Source: Xylographa opegraphella
Lineage: Eukaryota
Assembly: GCA_022813865.1 (NCBI GenBank)
Contig: JALDZX010000011.1
Location: 480,474-500,473 of the forward strand
Reading direction: 5' to 3'
Length of the DNA stretch: 20,000 nucleotides
Positions 12,066-20,000 of this stretch are shown here, piece after piece (within the stretch, counting starts at the first letter, position 1; every line of letters starts with the position of its first letter). The position numbers and the translations under genes are program-made. The notes beneath the pieces are model-generated. The model saw nothing but the letters and a program-made list of their open reading frames with translations, did not search any database and was not told the origin of the DNA.

Positions 12066-13617
12066 TCAGCTTCCTCTGTCTGGCCGCTCCGGCGCTGACT
12101 CCTCCCGTGCTAGCGGCGTCCGAGGTGCAGTCGCGGGTCTGGACTTGGGTTGGGTGGCGGCGGAGGGGAGGCCGTCGATTTTCGGGTCGGGGATCTGGAA
12201 GTCGAGCTGTGCGGAACAGGGGGTTAGCGAGAGCTTATAGCGAGATAATGCGGAGCCAAAGACCCGCATCAATTGCCAGCCTTCGCACAATGTAGCATCG
12301 AGGGTGAGAGAAAGCGATAGGAAGCCAAGCACTCACGGTCATGTACGCCGACTCCCGCAATCCCACCACCCGCACCAGGTCGTCATCCCCGCCGGCGCTG
12401 GCTTTGCGCCGCTGGGCGTTCCAGTCCTCCAACAGCTGCTCCACCTGGCGCACGCGCCGCTGGGCCGAGGTCAGGCCGAGGTCTTCCCATATCCAGCCGG
12501 TGGCGAGGCCGAGGAAGGCGTCGAGCCAATTGCAGATGCTCCAGGGGTCCATGGCTTTGATGAGGCCCGAATTCACCTTTTCGATGAGGCTGCGGAAGTC
12601 CTGCTCGCTCACCCAGGGGGAGAGGATCTCCGGGTAGGTGTTGGAGAAGGTGGGGGCTAGGTCGCCGACGATCATCCAGTCGCGCGGGATGCGGATGATG
12701 CGGGTGGTGCTGTAGAGGGGGGAGGAGAGGGGGACGTGTTGGTTCCGGTGCGGGTAGCAGGGGTGGCGTTCTGTCCAGAGTAGGGAGGGGGTGGGCAATC
12801 CGCCGGGACCGCGCTCGGGGTCATTGCTGGTGGTTGAGGGCTTGGCTTCGTGGGTGTATGTGGGCGAGTGGGAGGTGAACGGTGCGTGGCTGCCTCGGGA
12901 TTGTGGAGGGGTGTCTTTGGGAGGAAGGGATGGGGCTGGTAATGAGCCGAGAGGGAGAGAATCCCGCGAGAGTGAGGGATCGTCCAGATGCTTCATCGCA
13001 TCCATCAGTGGAGGGAGAGGTGGCAGCGGGCGTGATGTGGAGTGGGCAAGATGTTGCGAACGGTGACCTTCCACAGGCAGGTCGTATACAGGTTGTTTGC
13101 CCTTGCCCTTGCCCTTGGGATCTGAGAAATTCGGGCGCGCGCTGTTAGGCAGTCCAATGCTGGGTCTGGGAGACGTCGATGACGCAGCAGCCAAGGGCTC
13201 GACCAGCAAGCTATTGAGGGAGCGGAAATTGTAGACTTGTGGCGGGATTGGGAGTAGAGGATGTTCGGAATGGCTTTCGGACAAATTGCGTAGGCGCGAG
13301 CGTTCTGGGTCTGTGGGATTGTTTGATGAACGGCGGCTCAGAGGATTGAAAGCGTTGTTGGTCGAGTTCAGAGGGTTCCACAAGTTCGGGGGAGTGATCC
13401 TGCGGTTTTGTCTGCTTGCTCGGAATATCGACCTGCGAGCTATGCGATTCGGAGGCGAGGAGCGTCGGGGAAGACGGGTGTTTCGAGGCGGCTGAAGGCC
13501 AGAGAGATTATTGCTCTGTTGGCCCGGTCGAGCTTCAGTCGTGGAGGGTGATGCGTGCTGGGCGTCTTGCGTGGCCGTTGAAAGAGCCGTTCTGGTTGCG
13601 AGATGAAGGACTGGCAC
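12066..13617 (-). CDS. ERF4: ERF4/golgin A7-family protein (accessory subunit of the Erf2 Ras palmitoyltransferase); last exon 12066..12206, intron 12207..12336; 5' end uncertain
   Basis: C-terminal domain HPCYPHRNQHVP...TRIIRIPRDW..GDLAPTFSNTYPEIL...F..LIEKVN...WLDAFLGLATGWIWEDLG...LRESAYMT|LDFQIPDP. Intron GTGAGT...GCTAAC...CAG, phase 0. Long Pro/Ser-rich N-terminal region. First in-frame ATG only at 13005. Confidence 0.85.
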
Positions 13618-14684
13618 ACAATGGGAGGTGGTGAGCTATGACGATTCAGGAGACGGTAAGGTTTAGCGCTCGCCCTGCAGCTGCACGGTGGACTCGAGGG
13701 CGGGAAAGACGACGGAGGCATTCTGCTGCACTCGACAGCTGGCCATCTGTGAAGGAAGGAAGCACAGAATACGAAGTTAAGAAAAAGAGAGTGAAAGCAG
13801 TTCCCCTCCCGCCAGGTCGAGCAGGATGGGGCAACAAGCAGCCACGCCCTAACTTCTAGACCTGCGGTGAATCGGCCTGTGCTTCAGAAATGCGTTCACG
13901 ATACGGCCATGATTTGGTACTGTGCCAGACTCCCTCGTAGGCTGGGGGAAAGCCCGCAAACCTCCCAGGAACGGGCGGGCCCATGTGCTCCGATTTGGTG
14001 CTACGAGGGACCTGCAGACGTTCTGCCTGAGCAGGGGAAATGAACGCTGCCCGAGGATTGGCTCCTGCCCGTTGCTTATTTACCGTCCCAGCCCGGCATC
14101 CCTGGTATCGGGAGACAGTGTCGTCCCCGGGACATGGCTCTGCCACAGGCTAGTCGAGATAGTCGATGATTTTCTCCGTCCCACGCACGAATACAGACAC
14201 CGACCCAGTTCATCCAGCCTGCTTGCCAGCGACGTGTTTGCCTTCCACGTTGTTTCATGACTGTCTGGAACAGCAACATGTCTGCTGTGACCGGGTAGCG
14301 TATATCAGTTCGCACGAGTCATGATGTCTTCACCAGAATACTTATTACCGTCACGGATAGGGGTCGCTTCCACATATCACACATCGGTTCGATGTGGAGT
14401 GAGGCTTCGGACTTAGACTCGGTTACGAGGCGATCTACTCCACCAGCTCTAATGGTCGCCTTGTTTCTATACTACCGGTTCTAGTGGTCGCCTTGCTGCG
14501 TCCCAAAGAGATGGCAGGGTCCGTTCCAACCTTGCTGGCCATCAAGGGAATCCCTTATACACACCACGCTTGTATGGCCCTAGATGCCCTAGACGCTTCC
14601 ATATCTTCCATGCCTTTGCCGAGACTCCACGGTCCGTCGTTTTTCATTAATGACCCGATATTATTCTGCTGACGAGTCCTGTCA

Positions 14685-16136
14685 TCACAACTTTTTGCCC
14701 GCCCTCCCAGACGGCCTTGGTCCTACAGCCCTGCCCGTCCTTCCGGCAGTCCTGAGCTCGACCCGAACTTTCCGACCCAAGTAGCCTTCCAATACCTCCA
14801 ACATCCTTGCAGCCACCTTGGCTGGCAGACTCATCACGCTCCACGCCGTTTGCGCTGGCAGGACTACCGCTGCACAAATCCAGTCAAGGAGGATGCCTGC
14901 GGAGCCCTGCTTCTGTTGGGAAGTACTTCGCTCGGCCGCTGCGGCCAGGGTGATGGCATCCGCCATTCGAGCCTCGAGATCTTGCAGGCGTGCTTCCGTC
15001 TGCATTGTCAATATTGTGGCGCGCTTCTCATAACGTCGGACAGCTCGGTTGAGAGCGTCTAGTTCAGGCTGCAGGCTCTTCCGGACTTCGGTAGATACTT
15101 GGCCAGTGTTGGAAGCGGACGAGTGTCCGTTCGATGGAAGGGCGGCAGATGTATCGGCAATGTGGGCTTCTAATTCGTCAAGCCGTTTACCAAGATCCTG
15201 AACCTTCTCCTTGTCAATCTTCTCTTCTTCGTATGGATTGCTATTCAAAGTACGTTGCAGATGAAGGGTACGAGACTGGACCATCTTGATAAGGTGGGAC
15301 AACGGACGTAGTTCGGCACCAAGAAGAAAAATGGTCAGGTTGTAGTTTGATACGAGACCCTCGGAAGGACGAGAAAGTTGACCGCGGATGGCATGAAGAA
15401 GCCATGCTCCGATCATTGGGGAAATGAAACATGCAAAGAGTGCAGTTAGCTCATGCCAACGTAGTTCAGATTCTGCATCGTGATGAACGTCGGTCTGCCG
15501 TGACTTCGAAGCAGATGGTGGTAACTGAACAGGGTCAGATCCTTGTGCAGCCTCTTTGTTGCCCACTTCTCCCTCGCTCTCTTCCTCTATGATTGTGTCA
15601 TTGTTGCCAGGATAGAAGTCGTCTGAGGCATGAGAATCTAGTAGCCGTATCCTCTGCGCTGAACAATACCAATCCCTAATTAATTTTAGCCTATGTTCCT
15701 TGACTTCTCTCAGGAAAACTCACCATGGAATCCTAACCGACCAGTTGAGAAATACGGCTGCCAATAGTAGCAGCGTGATGTCTGTCACCACAGCACTACC
15801 ATTATTGAAGAACAGTCCACCTACGGCGGGTAACAATGCCAAAGCAAGAGGTGCAGAATGCCAATGCGAGGGTTCATGGTGAGTCTCTAGCCCGGAACTC
15901 TTTACCCTGGGCAACAGCAAGTCGTCGGTAGAAGACTTGAAGGACTGGCGAGCATCATCTACGGACTCAGTCATCGACGAACCGCGTCGGTTCCCAAGCG
16001 GAGAGCCCGGATCCGCGACAGTGGAGGCACGAGAGAGCAGCCGTTGCCGAAGAGGCGATCGACTGGCACGAGCTGAAGTCCTTGCATTGCTCACGCTGCT
16101 CCGCCGGTCCGATGGCGGGGCTTCATCCGCGGCCAT
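14685..16136 (-). CDS. Conserved fungal hypothetical membrane protein with C-terminal coiled coil, about 467 aa; complement(join(14685..15675,15724..16136)); alternative start 16208
   Basis: Two ORFs joined by intron 15676..15723 (GTGAGT...TAG), giving HWHSAPLALALLPAVGGLFF..DITLLLLAAVFLNWSVRIPW|DWY. Further hydrophobic segments ALFACFISPMIGAWLL and NLTIFLLGAELRP, and heptad-like ELDALNRAVRRYEKR..EARLQDLEARM. ATG 16136 lies in ACCATGG context. Confidence 0.85.
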
Positions 16137-16679
16137 GGTGGTTGTTGGCGTTGGCGAAGGCGAGGGGGGATCGAGCTGCAGACCAGCTGAAAGCCGTGAC
16201 TGCATCATGGACGGCTTCGTGACGGGTAGTGACGCGACAATGAGTGAATGGACGCCAACGACGACCTTGCCATCCGAAAGGGTGGATCTAGACTCTTCAT
16301 CATCGGCCGCGGTGTCGTGTGCCTGCCTCTAGTTTTCTTGGATTCCATCGATGGCTCAATCGCCGTGATTGGCGTGATTGGCCTCCGCCATCCCTTGTGC
16401 ACGAGCGTTGTGCAAGAGCCCCTCGTACAGCATGGATGCTGCATAACTTTATGTGCGCTCGCTTGGCCGCCTCCCGCTTTGGACATTCGGAAGCTCACAC
16501 ACTACTCGTCGTACAACTAAACACAATACTATCAACTCTTGCATGAGATATTCTAGGTGCGAGTCAAGGTGTCGGTTGTGCCCGTATACTGACAGCTTAT
16601 ACGCTGTCCTGGCTGCTGGGATCCCGACGACTGCACAAGGACTTCCCGGCTCTCCGCGATGGATGGACTGCTTTATCTA

Positions 16680-17058
16680 CGCTGTGGCTATTGTGTGTCC
16701 TGACATGTTGTGCACTCATGCTAGATCCTTTTCATCTACGTTGTTTCTCTAGTGTAAATCGGACTGATCTTTGTGGCGCAGAAAGACTTCATTTCGTGTC
16801 GCTTGTTGTGCTTATTGTGTAGGGCTTATTGAGCACCGAATTCGGCCTATTGATGCCACACCACCCCCGCTCGAGACATTTGACAATAGCAGGATCTCAG
16901 ATTTCTCATCTTATATCTTCGCAAGCTTTATGTTTGCGTCAATAGCCGTTCCTAGCATGGATGTCCTCCTATTGATGGCCTATTGGATGTGATGGAGCTC
17001 CCGCTGTGGCTATTGACATGTATCATCTTGCCGTCGGTCTATTGACCCGCCTGTTGAT
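16680..17058 (+). promoter_or_regulatory. Cluster of CTATTGA motifs, putative MAT1-1-1 (alpha-box) binding sites in the STE3 promoter
   Basis: Exact CTATTGA at 16847, 16969, 17010, 17039 and reversed (TCAATAG) at 16939. One-mismatch copies at 16688, 16826, 16883 (reverse), 16980 and 17051. Confidence 0.7.
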
Positions 17059-17118
17059 GATGGCTATAGAACTTCAGCACCACCTCTTCCACTACTATTT
17101 CATCGTCTTTACTTCTGA

Positions 17119-17148
17119 TCTTTCCTTCCTCCCTTCCTTCCTTCCTTC
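17119..17148 (+). promoter_or_regulatory. 30-nt pure pyrimidine (CTTC-like) tract, probable core promoter / TSS-proximal element of STE3
   Basis: TCTTTCCTTCCTCCCTTCCTTCCTTCCTTC just downstream of the motif cluster. CT-rich tracts near the TSS are common in filamentous fungi. Confidence 0.5.
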
Positions 17149-17316
17149 ATCCACTTTGCTACCATCTGTCTTGCAAGGTCTCTCACAAGTCAAAATACAT
17201 TACTTTCTTCAATAATCTTGTCTTTGACCAGCCCTTCCGTCTCATCATACTTTGTCAGACAGCACAAGTTCCGCTGTTCTTTGTCTGAGTCTTGTGGTCA
17301 TTTCAGAGTCAACCTG

Positions 17317-17540
17317 GTAAGCAGTCCCAACTGCATGTACCAATCTGCAATGTCAATTCAATGCACACTTTGTGGCTATGGAGCCAGAATCTGTCGGGCA
17401 ACCTCATTAGATTCTCGAATCTATGGCAGCACTGATGCTAGACTTCCTCGCATCCTCACATATACTTCGACCAGAAGCCCCCAACTGTTGACGCCTGCTT
17501 AATTATCACTTCGTTGTCAGGATACTCACTGCTTTCACAG
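17317..17540 (+). other. Putative 5'UTR intron of STE3 (224 nt)
   Basis: Donor CTG|GTAAGC at 17317, branch ACTCAC at 17524-17529 and acceptor TTTCACAG ending at 17540, 22 nt before the ATG. All six ATGs between 17149 and 17562 fall inside it. Confidence 0.55.
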
Positions 17541-17562
17541 TATTGAACATAAAATCATCAGC

Positions 17563-18951
17563 ATGTTATCAACCAACAGCACCGCTTCCATGGACCCATT
17601 CGTCCCAGAAATGGGCATTTCGCCAGCCGCCATCGCAGTTCCTCTCCTTTCACTCTTTACCATATTCCTCGACTTCCCCGCCTTTATCTGGCATCTGAAG
17701 CACCGCAACCTTCCCACTGGCAGCCTCATATTCTGGATCCTTGTCTCGAATCTCGTGAACCTTATCAACGCCCTCCTCTGGCCCAATGACAATATACCAA
17801 CCTGGTTCTCCGGCACCATTCTCTGCGACATCGAAGTCAAGCTCGACCTCGCTGCAACCCTCGCACTTGTCGGCTCCGTCCTCTGCATCACCAGAGCGCT
17901 TGCCCGTGCCCTTGATACCAGTAAGCCCGCCATCTCCACCACCGGACAGCAACGGTTCCGCCGTAACCTTTTCGACTGCGCTCTTTGCTTCGGCCCACCC
18001 CTCTACATCATCATAATCCACTACGTCGTTCAACCCTCGAGGTATTACCTCTTCGCTATCTCCGGATGCACCCCCTCTGTCGACAATTCCTGGCCCACCA
18101 TTGTCCTGATCTTCATCTGGGCCCCACTCCTCAGTCTTCCCTCGATCTACTACGCTCTCCTAACTATGCACCGTCTGCGCAAGTACCGCCGCGAGTTCGC
18201 CGCCATCCTCGCCTCTTCCACTTCGGGGCTCACCCGCTCGCGCTTCCTCCGCCTCTTCGCCGTTGCATTCATCGTCGTGGCCATGGTGCTGCCTGTGCAG
18301 GCATACATTCTCTACACCAATGCCTCGTTCCCGCAAATTCCCTACTCCTGGGCCGCCATCCACGACCCCGATGCCTGGGACGTCATTGTCATGGTCCCCA
18401 CCGCCGGCACCGTCACCTTCGACCGCTGGATCCGCATTGCCCTCGGCATCGTTGTCTTCGGCTGCTTCGGTACCGGCAAGGAAGCCACGCGCATGTACAA
18501 AGCCTGGCTTTGCACTCTCGGTCTCGCACACATTTTCCCCGCCCTGAACGGCACCTCGCCCCTCCCATCGCACAATCGCACGGGCCGGTCCTCCGGCCTC
18601 GACACCCTCAAGGACAAAGCCGCCTCTCTCTTCAGCAGCACCTTCTCCCGCTCTTCCCTCAGCAGCTCCACGCTCTCGCCCCACGACCCAGCCAAGTCCT
18701 TCCCCCGCTGCACCGAAGCGCAACCCGCACGCGCATATGCGCCGTCAAACATCTCGCATCCGGATCTGCAAGCCGAGAAAGCAGATTGCACAGCCGTACG
18801 ACACGGCGCTGTTGAGTCTGCACCAACGAGGGAAGATCCATGGAGCTGGTACTACAAGTTGCCGCGCGTCGGACACCCGCAGGTGCCGAGGCACGACGAG
18901 GAGCGCGCGGACGCGGCGGCGGTGGTGGTGGGCGCACGGAGATGCACCTAG
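17563..18951 (+). CDS. STE3: STE3-type (a-factor-like lipopeptide) pheromone receptor, 7-TM GPCR, 462 aa, intronless CDS
   Basis: Family motifs P.FIWHLKHRNL, NLINALLWPNDN..W.G..LCDIEVKL, HYVVQPSRYY...GC.PSVDNSW, RLRKYRREFAAIL, SRFLRLF, PYSW..IH and VFGCFGTGKEA..MY. Seven hydrophobic segments and a Ser-rich tail. Confidence 0.96.
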   Translation: MLSTNSTASMDPFVPEMGISPAAIAVPLLSLFTIFLDFPAFIWHLKHRNLPTGSLIFWILVSNLVNLINALLWPNDNIPTWFSGTILCDIEVKLDLAATLALVGSVLCITRALARALDTSKPAISTTGQQRFRRNLFDCALCFGPPLYIIIIHYVVQPSRYYLFAISGCTPSVDNSWPTIVLIFIWAPLLSLPSIYYALLTMHRLRKYRREFAAILASSTSGLTRSRFLRLFAVAFIVVAMVLPVQAYILYTNASFPQIPYSWAAIHDPDAWDVIVMVPTAGTVTFDRWIRIALGIVVFGCFGTGKEATRMYKAWLCTLGLAHIFPALNGTSPLPSHNRTGRSSGLDTLKDKAASLFSSTFSRSSLSSSTLSPHDPAKSFPRCTEAQPARAYAPSNISHPDLQAEKADCTAVRHGAVESAPTREDPWSWYYKLPRVGHPQVPRHDEERADAAAVVVGARRCT

Positions 18952-19465
18952 CCGCGCGTCGGGATCCGGGAGGGCTGGTGAAGAGAATTCGGGGGGGTTG
19001 TCATGGAGGAGTCCCTACGTCCGTAGCCGATCGGCGGGACGAGCGGTACGAGTTTTCCGTCTGAACAGCACTCTTCCACTGGCGAAAGCGGCCGGGTTCA
19101 GATGGTGCCGCTAGGGTTCTCTAGCGCAGTGGTTGCCTGGCTGGCTGGTGGGCGGATGGGGAACAGAAGCGGCTGCGTGCTTTCCCATGCTCCCCGCCCT
19201 GCTCCGTACTGTTGTTTGCCATCGTGCTATGGGCGTGCGGGCGAGGTGGTCCGTCCGTCGGTCCGGCTGTACTGTCGTGCGGTACGGTGTCGCTTTTTCT
19301 GCCTGGGTGCGTGAGTGTCTCTCTTTCCGTTCTGTTCCCGTCGGCCGGGTAGGGTGGCGTGGGAGTGGGGGAGCAGCGGGGAGTATTTCATAGCTTACCT
19401 TACGTTACGCTTAATGTTAATTGATCTGGTTCGTTTCGGGTGGGAGTCTCGTACGTTTGATACAT

Positions 19466-19530
19466 ACATACACAAACATACACAAACATACACAAACATA
19501 CACAAACATACACAAACATACACAAACATA
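19466..19530. repeat. Perfect 10-bp minisatellite (CACAAACATA)x6 with partial flanks
   Basis: Six identical units at 19471-19530, preceded by ACATA and flanked by TACA repeats. Confidence 0.97.
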
Positions 19531-19672
19531 TACATACCGCACCTGATCCATATGCTTCCACGACTGGGCGGGGTCACTCTCGTGGCTTGTGCTCTGTGCG
19601 TGCGTGCTCTGCTTGCGAGGGGAGCGCTGAAGAAAGGGCGGGTGATGAATGGATAGATTGCCTATCATACCT

Positions 19673-20000
19673 TACAGTTTCACGTCAAAAGTTTTCGCCG
19701 AAATTAACCGAGAATACGTAAAATCGCGTTCCTCGCGTAAATGACCTTTCTATTGTCTATTATTATATAATGTAAAAGCTCTATTAGGGCCTATATCTGG
19801 CAATAAGCTTTATAAAACCGAGCTTTTATTATATTAAAAAGGAATTGTAATTGATTAATCTATATTAAACGCTATATTTATTCAAATTAATAAAAATATT
19901 GGGGTCCCTCGCAGTACTATTCGCAGTATTATTTAATACTGTTAGAAATAGAGTCCCGGCCTGCCTGCAGGATAGCGAGAGCTGCTAAGCGAGAGCTCGG
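19673..20000. mobile_element. AT-rich, RIP-like transposon remnant; possible Tc1/mariner terminus at 19675 and possible LTR start at 19940
   Basis: TA followed by CAGTTTCACGTCAAAAGTTTTCGCC resembles Tc1-type TIR starts (TA|CAGT...AAAAGT). Composition turns AT-rich there, with many TpA and few CpA/TpG by eye. TGTTAG at 19940 precedes a return to GC-rich sequence. Confidence 0.5.

Noticed and set aside
13640..14680. Short ORFs and small direct repeats (TCTARTGGTCGCCTTG x2 at about 14448 and 14480; GCCCTAGA x2) between ERF4 and the hypothetical gene
   Set aside because: No recognisable protein features. Two-copy short repeats are consistent with local slippage.
17650..18937. Long alternative-frame and antisense ORFs over STE3 (e.g. 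17985..18815 +, 276 aa; 18160..18723 -)
   Set aside because: Explained by C-rich third positions in STE3, which deplete stops in other frames. The products are Pro/Arg/His- or Gly/Glu-biased with no recognisable domain.
19090..19190. GGTTCTCTAGCGCAGTGGTT resembling a tRNA 5' end
   Set aside because: The D stem does not close and no downstream T-loop/B box is present.
19315..19668. ORFs with repetitive HKHTQTYTNI / VYVCVCLCMF peptides
   Set aside because: Translation artefacts of the 10-bp minisatellite. No evidence for a repeat-type pheromone precursor (no signal peptide, KR sites or CAAX).

Overview
Gene-dense nuclear DNA from a filamentous ascomycete (Pezizomycotina), judged from short GT-AG introns of mostly 46-63 nt with CTRAC-type branch sites. 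Genes left to right: a BTB-like hypothetical gene with an apparent 1-nt frameshift that runs off the left edge (-); AP-2 adaptor mu subunit (-); a 3-exon hypothetical protein with an internal repeat (+); succinyl-CoA ligase alpha, 8 exons (-), head-to-head with intronless ELP3 (+); a 4-exon, 88-aa V-ATPase V0 subunit f/RNASEK homolog not represented in the ORF track (-); a probable decayed gene relic; an ERF4/golgin-A7 gene (-); a conserved hypothetical membrane/coiled-coil protein (-); and a STE3-type pheromone receptor (+). A 10-bp minisatellite and an AT-rich, RIP-like transposon remnant close the window. The strongest non-coding signal is a dense cluster of CTATTGA motifs upstream of STE3, resembling the MAT1-1-1 alpha-box binding site. 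It is followed by a pyrimidine tract and a probable 5'UTR intron. I found no convincing wholly new biological system. Exon structures were worked out by hand.
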